Positions 7,065 to 15,006 of a DNA stretch of 64,000 nt are shown here, one piece after another. The position numbers and the translations under genes are program-made. The stretch lies in sequence record LR745208.1. The stretch is one strand, 5' to 3'. Each line of letters begins with the position of its first letter. Position 1 is the stretch's first letter. Under the pieces are notes generated by a model, which was given only the letters and a program-made list of their open reading frames with translations, was not told the DNA's origin and did no database searches.

Positions 7065-7807
7065 AGGCCCTTAAGCCTAACGCCATCCTGAGGGTCTTCA
7101 AGCGCCCCCGGGTCTTCCTACCGGTCATTCACACGCCTACCCTCCAAGAGGCATTGTCGTCCGTGGAAGTGGCCATTGAGGCAGGGGCGGATGGTGTCAT
7201 CCTGATCAACCAGGGGATGACCGTTAAGGCCATTATGGGAGACCTGTTGCCACGGCTCCCCCTCCTGGCAGGCTATCCAGGGATGTGGACGGGCCTCAAT
7301 GCCCTTTCGTACACCCCCGAGGAGGCCGTGGGGCTAGCAGCCCTGTATGGGATTGATGGAGTCTGGTCCGATGATGCAGGGGTAGACCATCGAACTGCGG
7401 ATGAACGGTATGCCGCAGGGAGTACCTTCCTTGAGACCAGGAATCGCCACAACTGGGGGGGCCTGTACTTTGGAGGAACTGCCTTCAAGACACAGACGGA
7501 AGTTGAACTTGCGGACCTTGCTGAAACGGCCAGAGCTGCAATGGGCTTCGTGGATGTGGTGACCACCTCAGGTCGTGGGACAGGGGTTGCCGCCCAGCTA
7601 TCCAAAGTACGTGCAATCCGAGAGGCTATCGGGAACCATCCGATGGCCCTGGCCAGTGGCGTCACCCCCGAGAATGTCCACCAATATCTGCCCTACGTGG
7701 ATGCCTACTTGGTGGCTACCGGTATTGAATCTGACTTCGGGGTCCTGGACCCTGAACGTACCCGAGCACTTGCGGAAGCAATTCATGGGTGGGCTCCGGG
7801 ACCATGA
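7061..7807 (+). CDS. BtpA/SgcQ-family TIM-barrel protein
   Basis: LPVIH, GADGV, YFGGTAFK, VVTTSGRGTG, ALASGVTPENV and LVATGI motifs. Confidence 0.75.
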   Translation: MKALKPNAILRVFKRPRVFLPVIHTPTLQEALSSVEVAIEAGADGVILINQGMTVKAIMGDLLPRLPLLAGYPGMWTGLNALSYTPEEAVGLAALYGIDGVWSDDAGVDHRTADERYAAGSTFLETRNRHNWGGLYFGGTAFKTQTEVELADLAETARAAMGFVDVVTTSGRGTGVAAQLSKVRAIREAIGNHPMALASGVTPENVHQYLPYVDAYLVATGIESDFGVLDPERTRALAEAIHGWAPGP

Positions 7808-8010
7808 GAACGCCAGCGGAGGCTTGGGGCCTTACAGAAGACGAGATGGATGATGTCGTTCGTGCAGCATTTGAGCTGCGACCAATGATTCCCCCTACTC
7901 AACACGAACGAGCTCGCATCGCCGAGGCCCTCAAGAAGTATGTTGAAATCAAACAGGGGCATGGGTGGGCTCCGCCGGGTGTGCCCCCGGGAGTAAGGAG
8001 GAGACCATGA
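7804..8010 (+). CDS. hypothetical protein
   Basis: ATGA coupling. Confidence 0.55.
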   Translation: MRTPAEAWGLTEDEMDDVVRAAFELRPMIPPTQHERARIAEALKKYVEIKQGHGWAPPGVPPGVRRRP

Positions 8011-8675
8011 CCCGCAAGCGCACCACCGAGCCGACGATCTTGGAAACCCTAGCCAAGTATCAGGGCCCCTTGTTCAAGTGCAACGTGACGGCTCAACGGT
8101 ATGTTGAGGACGTGACGGTCCTGCTTGCCAGGATTGCGGAACTTGAGGCTGTTCAAACCCAAGAGGTTGCAGAGACCAACGCCCAATTACAGCTGCGTGA
8201 GAATCTGGACGCGGCCTATTTGGAGGAAAATTCCACACGAGACCTACATCTGGACGCCACCCGTCAACAGCGAGCCCTGGACCTACCAGGACGGGTCGCA
8301 GCTATGGAGGACGTCCTGGCACCCTGGCCAGAGCTTCCGCCGACTCCAGAGACCCTTGAGGAGCTCGATGTGGATTACTACACTGCCAACGGGGGCCGCT
8401 CCCATGGTGTGGATGTGAAGCCCCCCACAGAGTCCCTCTGCCCAATCTGTGAGACCCCGTGCAGTCAGGCAAAACCCCATGCCCATGAGATCATTTCCGA
8501 TGAGTCCGGGGAAATCGTATTCATTGACAAGGGCATCCTCGATGAAAACTCCCCCCCGCTCACCCCTGAAACGGTGCGGGTTCTGTTGGCTGAGGGGCGC
8601 GAGATGCGCCGGGTACTGACAGAGCGAGTTGACAAGATGCGAGAACTACCCACAACTGCGAAGGAACCGTGCTGA
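8007..8675 (+). CDS. hypothetical protein (coiled coil plus CPIC motif)
   Basis: 222 aa, coupled, with a ribosome-binding site upstream. Confidence 0.65.
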   Translation: MTRKRTTEPTILETLAKYQGPLFKCNVTAQRYVEDVTVLLARIAELEAVQTQEVAETNAQLQLRENLDAAYLEENSTRDLHLDATRQQRALDLPGRVAAMEDVLAPWPELPPTPETLEELDVDYYTANGGRSHGVDVKPPTESLCPICETPCSQAKPHAHEIISDESGEIVFIDKGILDENSPPLTPETVRVLLAEGREMRRVLTERVDKMRELPTTAKEPC

Positions 8676-9286
8676 TGAAAACCAAGGAACTGGTTCGTCA
8701 ACTTCAGGAACAGGACCCCTCGGGGGAGGAAGAGTGCTGTTGTGGGAACCAAGACATCTTTTTTGTTTCCAAGGACCCAGCTTACTACGACGGCTCCCTT
8801 CAAGTTCTGATTCGGGACCCGGCCAAAGCCCCCTACTACGATGTTGTGGGTGGCAAATATGTGCGAACCGGGTTCAAGATCCAAATCCACACCCTGGGGA
8901 TATCGGACATCCTCGATGATCCCAAGGCAGTCATCGACTACACCGAAGTGGGCCCCGACCTACAGGGGGCATATGCGACTGCGGATGAGACCTCCCGTGA
9001 GGCATACCGGAAAATGCACTGTGACATTGAGAGAGACCTGTTTGTCAGATGGGCACGTGGAGTGGCGGACAAACTGGCAGGGGACATCAGCGAAGTTAAT
9101 GGGTGTGCCCGCAACTTCTTCGACGCCAACCTGTCCCCAATTGACCCCTTCCCGGTGGATCTTGGGGCCATGCTACCCGATGGGACCTACAGGAGTTACA
9201 ATGACCGGCGGTGTGCCCAGTGGTCCCGAGAGATTGAACTGACCTTCGATGGGATGGGTTGGGACTTCAAAAAGAAGGTGCTTTGA
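8675..9286 (+). CDS. hypothetical protein
   Basis: 203 aa, TGATG coupling. Confidence 0.7.
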   Translation: MKTKELVRQLQEQDPSGEEECCCGNQDIFFVSKDPAYYDGSLQVLIRDPAKAPYYDVVGGKYVRTGFKIQIHTLGISDILDDPKAVIDYTEVGPDLQGAYATADETSREAYRKMHCDIERDLFVRWARGVADKLAGDISEVNGCARNFFDANLSPIDPFPVDLGAMLPDGTYRSYNDRRCAQWSREIELTFDGMGWDFKKKVL

Positions 9287-9687
9287 TGCTCCCTACAAGT
9301 GCTTGTGTGGTCCTCATCCGTTACGGGAAGATCGCAGCAATCCGGTCCAGGAAGCACAACGGGGCCATTGAGCTGCCAGGGGGAAAATCAGAGCCCGGAG
9401 AGAAGCCGGAGGAGACCGCAATCCGGGAGTGCATCGAGGAGGTGGGAGTGCACCCCTACTTGGTTCGGTGCCTGCACGTTGAGGAGGATGATGGACATGG
9501 ATACCAGTGCTACGTGTACTTGGCCCGCATCCACGAGGGGGATCTGGAGTCCGGTCCTGAGGGGGAGGCTGTCTGGGTCACCCCTGAGGAACTCTTGACT
9601 GGAACCTATGCCCGTATCTCAGCGAAGTGGCTATCTACGATCAAGGATGAGTTGGGCCAATGGCAGGATCCTCAAGTGGGGGATTGA
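9286..9687 (+). CDS. Nudix hydrolase
   Basis: Nudix box LPGGKSEPGEKPEETAIRECIEEVG. Confidence 0.9.
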   Translation: MLPTSACVVLIRYGKIAAIRSRKHNGAIELPGGKSEPGEKPEETAIRECIEEVGVHPYLVRCLHVEEDDGHGYQCYVYLARIHEGDLESGPEGEAVWVTPEELLTGTYARISAKWLSTIKDELGQWQDPQVGD

Positions 9688-9710
9688 AATGACAATCGAG
9701 ACCGTAGAGG

Positions 9711-10448
9711 TCATTCGACCGATCCAGTTCGGTCCCGCCACCGGGCACTAACCTTGTTGCATTTTCCGATGGGTCGAAAGCTTCTGGCGAGAGGCTTGCC
9801 ATCATGGCAGCAATTGGTCCCGTAGGTCTTAGCTCGCGCAAACACAGCACTCCATGCCTCCCACCCATCGGCACCGTGACATGAATTCGTGGCCTGGATC
9901 TTGTTCCCCTTCACATCCACGACCAGGACGCTGTGAGAAGTGTCGTAAGCGTCCTCCCACTGGAGACTGAGTTCAACCGGGTATCCACGCGCCAACTCCT
10001 GCTTGATTCGGGGAAGGGTACAGGGAACCCGCACGGCTCGAATGCGAAGATGCCTGTGCATCTGGGCAATTCGGTCTTCATTGATGGTGCCATCCTTCAA
10101 GGTGCCCGTGTACCTGACCCACGCCTTGTAGGCCTTGCAGTCCAAGTGCGGGCTGAGCGTGGGTAGTCCCAGGAAAATTGCCGCATTGGTGGCTGTAACC
10201 AGCTGACAATCAGACCACCACTGTGAGTGCTCATGGTGGAAGAGCTTCCCCCCCGACGCCAGGAATCCAACCTCCTGGGAGGAGGAGCTGTAGAGCCGTT
10301 CGACCCGTCCCATCAACGTGTCGTCCAGCCTCCCCAAGCTGTCTAAAGCCAGAGAATCCAGAAATGGGGGCTTGCTGCCCCTGCCCCTGAAGGAACTAAT
10401 GACCTGATTGAGGATCTTGCTCTGGTAGGCCGAGATTTCAACTTGCAT
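9711..10448 (-). CDS. papain-like (peptidase C39-like) cysteine peptidase
   Basis: QWWSDCQLVTATNA (Q..C), HSVLVV and downstream ATNS. Confidence 0.55.
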   Translation of the reverse strand: MQVEISAYQSKILNQVISSFRGRGSKPPFLDSLALDSLGRLDDTLMGRVERLYSSSSQEVGFLASGGKLFHHEHSQWWSDCQLVTATNAAIFLGLPTLSPHLDCKAYKAWVRYTGTLKDGTINEDRIAQMHRHLRIRAVRVPCTLPRIKQELARGYPVELSLQWEDAYDTSHSVLVVDVKGNKIQATNSCHGADGWEAWSAVFARAKTYGTNCCHDGKPLARSFRPIGKCNKVSARWRDRTGSVE

Positions 10449-10461
10449 GGCGAGGCTCCTT

Positions 10462-11106
10462 TCAGGGACGACAGAAACCAGTCTCCTCAACAGCCGGGTT
10501 TGTGCTCAGATGGCAGGTAAAACCAGGGGCACACGTCCGGGCACCCAGGTTGTCCATACAGCAAGGTTGCTGGAGACCCCCGCACAGGTAACATGCTCCG
10601 GCACATGACCCAGGAGAGCACACGGTCCCGTAAAGGTCGCGGTTCATACAGATGGACCCCGCAAGGCAGACGTTGCCTGGACAACAAGGCTGGGCAGTAC
10701 CACTATCCACACGGTAGCCATAGTTGATACCCCCTGCCCCGCAGGTCGTGTTTCGACGGCAGGTGGCACCACCCGCCCCATCGCTTACACAGGTGAGGGC
10801 CGGGCCGCAGACCGGGCTGGTATGACAGCAGGCACCACCCTCGACCCCGCATAGGGGAGCTACATCCGGAGGGGCCACCACATCGGGAGTCACATCCTCT
10901 CCCTGGGGGGCATCGGATACAACATCCGGAGTTACCACATCCTCGGAAGCAACCTCCGAGGCAGCATCTTGAGTGTCTCCCGGAAGCTGGGCGTCCTCAC
11001 GGCCCGTTTCTGTACCGGCATCCTCCGGGGTCCCGGAATCCGCGATCCGGAGTTCCGGAAGCCCACAGGCCATGAGAAGAAATGTAATGAAAACGATGGG
11101 CTTCAT
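10462..11106 (-). CDS. Cys-rich lipoprotein of myxobacterial style
   Basis: Signal peptide with lipobox LLMAC, an acidic D/P/V linker and repeated CG..G..CC modules. Confidence 0.75.
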   Translation of the reverse strand: MKPIVFITFLLMACGLPELRIADSGTPEDAGTETGREDAQLPGDTQDAASEVASEDVVTPDVVSDAPQGEDVTPDVVAPPDVAPLCGVEGGACCHTSPVCGPALTCVSDGAGGATCRRNTTCGAGGINYGYRVDSGTAQPCCPGNVCLAGSICMNRDLYGTVCSPGSCAGACYLCGGLQQPCCMDNLGARTCAPGFTCHLSTNPAVEETGFCRP

Positions 11107-11300
11107 GATTCGTCTCCCAGATTGATGTGGCCTGCCAGCAGGGCATTCTCCAGCCCCATCACCTGCATCTGCCCACACTTGGGGCACTTGTAGCCCTGGG
11201 CATCGGGCTCCACCCCATCCGCCGTGATGTCATCACAGGCTTGGCAATACCCGGCGTAGTTGCCAGATTCCGCCTCGTACTCTTCTTCCGTCATGTTCAT
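11103..11300 (-). CDS. small Zn-ribbon protein
   Basis: CQAC...CPKC; ribosome-binding site GGAG. Confidence 0.7.
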   Translation of the reverse strand: MNMTEEEYEAESGNYAGYCQACDDITADGVEPDAQGYKCPKCGQMQVMGLENALLAGHINLGDES

Positions 11301-11322
11301 GGCTAGGGATCTCCTACACACC

Positions 11323-11350
11323 CTATCGGTATGAGCGAGGGGATCTTTAG
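11323..11350 (-). promoter_or_regulatory. sigma28 (FliA/WhiG)-type promoter
   Basis: CTAAA-N15-ACCGATAG followed by GGTGTGTAGGAG. Confidence 0.6.
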
Positions 11351-11382
11351 CAAAATCGACCCAAAGGTGTAAGGTTGCTGCC

Positions 11383-12000
11383 ATGAAACAATATCCGTCG
11401 ATCTCCAAGGACCACATCCATGGAGTCCCCTTCTACGTCTTCGACAAACTTGATGGCAGCAATTTGCGTGCAGATTTTTCGGCCAAGAAAGGATTCTGGA
11501 AATTCGGCACCCGGACCCGTCTCACGGATCTATCGGATCCTATTGGGAAACTTGCCCTTCCACTGATTCAGGCCCAAGAGGCAGCTTTTGCAGCCCTCTT
11601 CCAATCCCTCCGAGAACGAGAAGCCACCTGTTTCTTCGAGTTCTGGGGCCCCTCTTCGTTTGCCGGAGTCCACGACTACCAGGAAGCGGGGCACCGGGTA
11701 GACCTAATTGACGTGTCGATCCATCGAAGAGGCTTCATGGGGCCCAAGGAATTTGTGAAGACTTTCGAGGGGCATGTTCCAACAGCTCCGCTGCTCTACA
11801 TGGGGAATGTCACCGAGGACCTCACCCAAGCGGTCTGGGACGGAACCCTACCTGGAATGACATTCGAGGGAGTTGTCTGTAAGGGGGCCCCCCTCAAAAA
11901 GGGCTATCCTCCTCACATGTTCAAGCTCAAGAGCCAAGCCTGGATAGCTCGGGTGAAGTCCCTCTACACGGATCCGGCCGTCTTGGCAGAACTCCTGTAG
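11383..12000 (+). CDS. RNA ligase-family (Rnl2-like) nucleotidyltransferase
   Basis: Motif I KLDGSN, FFEFWG, LIDV, EGVVCK and FKLKS. Confidence 0.75.
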   Translation: MKQYPSISKDHIHGVPFYVFDKLDGSNLRADFSAKKGFWKFGTRTRLTDLSDPIGKLALPLIQAQEAAFAALFQSLREREATCFFEFWGPSSFAGVHDYQEAGHRVDLIDVSIHRRGFMGPKEFVKTFEGHVPTAPLLYMGNVTEDLTQAVWDGTLPGMTFEGVVCKGAPLKKGYPPHMFKLKSQAWIARVKSLYTDPAVLAELL

Positions 12001-12095
12001 ACCCGTTTCCAGGAGAAAAGATACAGTGTGTCCCAGGTTGCCACACTTGGCGGTATTCGCCCGATGGTACACCCAATATCAGGGGGTACACGAAC

Positions 12096-12296
12096 ATGGC
12101 GCCAACTCTAGACATTTTCGACTACTGCACAGGTTGTGGGATCTCACCAACCGTTGGAAGCACCCGACTTTGCTACGATTGCCTGGACCCGAAGCATCCT
12201 GACCAGCCTAGCGTGGCTCCACCCCCTAACAATGACGAGCGGAACTGGGAAGTCCTGGATGAGTATCTCCAGATTGTTCCCCTCGAAAATCCCTAG
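12096..12296 (+). CDS. small hypothetical Zn-binding protein
   Basis: CTGC...CYDC; ribosome-binding site upstream. Confidence 0.5.
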   Translation: MAPTLDIFDYCTGCGISPTVGSTRLCYDCLDPKHPDQPSVAPPPNNDERNWEVLDEYLQIVPLENP

Positions 12297-12313
12297 CTTG
12301 GGGTAAAAGGGGA

Positions 12314-12613
12314 ATGACAGCCAAGACCCCGCCAATTGAAGAGCCCCATTCCTTCCAAATCCAGCAGCTCCATCTCGTGATAGCGGTGGATGGCCGAAAA
12401 TGGGAATACCGGCACAAGAACGGTATGGCTCAAGTCGGCCAAGTGGGTCATCACCCACAGGACGAAGTCACCGAACTAGGAAAAGCTGTGCTCACCATGA
12501 GCATTGAGGAACTGTTGAAGGCAGTTACCCAAATGAAGCGTCAGTTTGAAGCTGGCGTTCCGCCTGTCGATGGCCTAGCGATGTTCCGGGCCGCGGGGCT
12601 TGAAATTGAGTAA
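12314..12613 (+). CDS. hypothetical protein
   Basis: 99 aa, with a ribosome-binding site. Confidence 0.6.
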   Translation: MTAKTPPIEEPHSFQIQQLHLVIAVDGRKWEYRHKNGMAQVGQVGHHPQDEVTELGKAVLTMSIEELLKAVTQMKRQFEAGVPPVDGLAMFRAAGLEIE

Positions 12614-12620
12614 TCAGGCC

Positions 12621-13070
12621 ATGAAATCCAAAAGTGACCCGAATTGGGCCGTCTACAAGACCGTTCCTGCCCTCCCCAAAATCCCCCTCAGCACAACGGC
12701 CAATAGGGTCACTGAGGCAGCCAATTTGCTCCGTGGGGTTGGTGAGACGGTAGAGGGATTGGGCCATGATGCATCCCAATGGAGATCCCTACGACCTGAA
12801 GTTCAGGTGTTTGCCCAATTGATGGAACGGAAGCTTCGAGCTAACGACCACAAGGATGGATGGAAGGAATGCAGCCCTGTAGAACTCTTCAAGAGAGTCC
12901 AAGAGGAGATGGAAGAGTTCCGGCTGGCTTTTGAAAACCCCAACACCCTAGGAGAGGTTGCCCTCCGTAATTCCCCGGCGGCGATTGCCTGGGAGGGGAT
13001 CGATGTGGCCAATATGATACTCATGGTCATCGATGTGATGGGTATACTCACCCCTACCCTGAAGGGTTAG
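12621..13070 (+). CDS. MazG-like all-alpha NTP pyrophosphohydrolase-domain protein
   Basis: RVQEEMEEF...EGIDVAN (EExxE...ExxD) pattern. Confidence 0.55.
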   Translation: MKSKSDPNWAVYKTVPALPKIPLSTTANRVTEAANLLRGVGETVEGLGHDASQWRSLRPEVQVFAQLMERKLRANDHKDGWKECSPVELFKRVQEEMEEFRLAFENPNTLGEVALRNSPAAIAWEGIDVANMILMVIDVMGILTPTLKG

Positions 13071-13076
13071 CGATGA

Positions 13077-13673
13077 ATGAATGACAAGGACGACAAGGTA
13101 GAGGCCCTCCTCCAGAAGTACAACATCCCCAACCCACGTTGTAGGGCCTACGTGGGAGATGGCTGGGTTCCCCTTGTGGATCAGCTGTTCGCTGACATGA
13201 TTGCTCTGGGATGGGACCGGGACCTACACCAGCTGAAGGAAAAATTCGGCGGTCTCAGGGTGTATATTGGCGTGTCCTCCGCAAGCGTCAAGGAGCGCAT
13301 TCGGGTAGCGGAAGAGGTCGCTGCCCGTACCTGTGATGAATGTGGCGCTCCAGGCGAGATCCTGGAATCCCCTCGGGGTTGGTGGACGTGCTGGTGCAAA
13401 GGCTGTTATGCCAAGAGCCTCACCAAGTATATCGAGGAGTGCAAGGTGGATCTGGCCGAGACCTTGGTGAGTATTGAGAAGAACAAGAAGACTATCTCAG
13501 ACGCCTTCTGGTCTTCCACGATTTCTGCTGTTATCACAGGGGATCAGGCAGACCTGACCTCCCTGGAGAAGGCTCAGAAAAACCTCAGTCGCGACACTTC
13601 GTGTGCCCAAGAGATGCAAAAGGACATTGACGCCTGTGAGAAGTACCTGAAGGAGATTCAGCCCGATGAGTAA
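13077..13673 (+). CDS. conserved phage hypothetical protein
   Basis: QLKEKFGGLR motif, CDECG Zn site and a C-terminal coiled coil. Confidence 0.7.
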   Translation: MNDKDDKVEALLQKYNIPNPRCRAYVGDGWVPLVDQLFADMIALGWDRDLHQLKEKFGGLRVYIGVSSASVKERIRVAEEVAARTCDECGAPGEILESPRGWWTCWCKGCYAKSLTKYIEECKVDLAETLVSIEKNKKTISDAFWSSTISAVITGDQADLTSLEKAQKNLSRDTSCAQEMQKDIDACEKYLKEIQPDE

Positions 13674-13977
13674 TCCCAGGAGTCTATCCAAATCCCAAAT
13701 TGGGCTGCTAGCCATGATGGGAATGAGCGTGGAAATGAGGAAGTCCTATGCACGGGCATTGGTGTATAATTCTGTGCTGTTGGCCACTGACAAACGATTC
13801 AACCATTGGGCGACAGTCGAACACCAGGACGGTTCTAGGTTCGTTCTCGCCTGCGCCTTTTTGATTACTGATCCTGAAGACGATGGGTACCTGTGGTTGA
13901 TGGCTGAGCATTCAGGGGTTCACGTTTTCTGTAAGGAAGACCTCGCCCACTGGCGTGAATTCAAGAGGATAGGATGA
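13666..13977 (+). CDS. hypothetical protein
   Basis: 103 aa, overlapping coupling. Confidence 0.6.
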   Translation: MSNPRSLSKSQIGLLAMMGMSVEMRKSYARALVYNSVLLATDKRFNHWATVEHQDGSRFVLACAFLITDPEDDGYLWLMAEHSGVHVFCKEDLAHWREFKRIG

Positions 13978-14342
13978 GGGAACTCAAAAACAAGCTGCCC
14001 GAGAATGTGAAGCGGGACATCCCTATCGATTTGGTGGGGGTCCGAGAGTCCCGAAAGTTCTCTTCAGGCAAGGTACAAGGGCCCGATGATCCGGCCCGTC
14101 ACTGGCTTCGCTCATTGAATGAGATTACTCGTCCTTGGGAGATCAAGGACCAGTCCCTAATCGAACAGGAGCGGGCCTTCGCAAGGCACCAGTTCAACCT
14201 TGGCCTCCGAGATGTGGTGCTCGAAACAGCCGTGGCCATGGAGCAGGCCCGACGCCGGGGAACAGACTCCCAGAAGACGTACACCCGGGGAGCCTTTGAG
14301 AAGGCCCTGGCTGACTTCATGGTGGCCCTGGAGATCGAATAG
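13974..14342 (+). CDS. hypothetical protein
   Basis: 122 aa, ATGA coupling. Confidence 0.6.
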   Translation: MRELKNKLPENVKRDIPIDLVGVRESRKFSSGKVQGPDDPARHWLRSLNEITRPWEIKDQSLIEQERAFARHQFNLGLRDVVLETAVAMEQARRRGTDSQKTYTRGAFEKALADFMVALEIE

Positions 14343-14354
14343 TACAGCCACCCC

Positions 14355-14383
14355 TTGACACCTCGGTAATTCGTCTTTAGACT
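14355..14383 (+). promoter_or_regulatory. sigma70-type promoter of the Leu tRNA array
   Basis: TTGACA-N17-TAGACT. Confidence 0.8.
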
Positions 14384-14395
14384 ACACAGGACACC

Positions 14396-14485
14396 ATGTT
14401 CGATCGTGCAACCAACTCCATTCCGAGCCTGAAGCTAGAGCTATTGCTTAGCTGTGCCGGGGTGGATTTATGCACTCGTGCGTAG
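14396..14485 (+). CDS. putative Leu leader peptide MFDRATNSIPSLKLELLLSCAGVDLCTRA
   Basis: AGGA upstream. Leu codons CTG, CTA, CTA, TTG, CTT and TTA; precedes five Leu tRNAs. Confidence 0.65.
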   Translation: MFDRATNSIPSLKLELLLSCAGVDLCTRA

Positions 14486-14517
14486 GTCTGAGGTCCCCGG
14501 CAGCAAGTAGGTAGCTT
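14432..14517 (+). promoter_or_regulatory. long imperfect leader hairpin
   Basis: AAGCTA/TAGCTT, TTGCT/AGCAA, GCCGGGG/CCCCGGC and an 11-bp apical stem (14464-14474 with 14479-14489, including G-U pairs). It ends 1 nt before the first tRNA. Confidence 0.7.
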
Positions 14518-14605
14518 GGCCGGGTGATGGAATTTTGGAAGACATGCTGGTCTCAGAAGCCAGTGGGAGTAACTTCCCGTGAGGGTTCGATGCCCTTCCC
14601 GGCCA
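14518..14605 (+). tRNA. tRNA-Leu(CAG)
   Basis: Acceptor GGCCGGG/CCCGGCC, loop CT-CAG-AA, long variable arm, A73. Confidence 0.93.
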
Positions 14606-14609
14606 CTCT

Positions 14610-14691
14610 GCATGAGTGGTGTAACTGGTAGCCACGTAGGAATGAGAGTCCTATGTCGAAAGACGTGCAGGTTCGATCCCTGTCTCATGCA
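14610..14691 (+). tRNA. tRNA-Leu(GAG)
   Basis: Acceptor GCATGAG/CTCATGC, loop AT-GAG-AG, variable arm GTC-GAAA-GAC. Confidence 0.88.
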
Positions 14692-14710
14692 CTGTTTCTT
14701 TAATGTTTTC

Positions 14711-14795
14711 GCGAGGATGGCGGAATTGGCAGACGCGCCGGACTTAGGATCCGGTACCGCAAGGTGTAGGGGTTCAAGTCCCCTTTCTCGCACCA
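14711..14795 (+). tRNA. tRNA-Leu(UAG)
   Basis: Canonical fold, loop CT-TAG-GA, encoded CCA. Confidence 0.97.
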
Positions 14796-14837
14796 ACAGC
14801 TGGAAGTAGGTGAAGACTAAAACAACAATGATTTCCT

Positions 14838-14919
14838 GGGTTATTGGTGAAATTGGCAGCCACGCACCATTCAAAATGGTGTCCCGCAAGGGGTATCGGT
14901 TCAAGTCCGTTATAACCCA
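14838..14919 (+). tRNA. tRNA-Leu(CAA)
   Basis: Acceptor GGGTTAT/ATAACCC, loop TT-CAA-AA. Confidence 0.92.
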
Positions 14920-14923
14920 CTAC

Positions 14924-15006
14924 GGCCCTGTGATGGAATTGGCAGACATTCTCCCACTTAAAACGGGAGGCCGCGAGGCATCCGGGTTCAAGTCCCGGTA
15001 GGGCCA
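14924..15006 (+). tRNA. tRNA-Leu(UAA)
   Basis: Acceptor GGCCCTG/TAGGGCC. Anticodon arm CTCCC-A-CTTAAAA-C-GGGAG carries an extra A/C pair. Confidence 0.85.

Noticed and set aside
14692-14703. boxA-like antitermination element in tRNA spacers (CTGTTTCTTTAA; similar text at 3024 and 5237)
   Set aside because: The match is imperfect and is equally explained by U-rich processing trailers; too weak to call.
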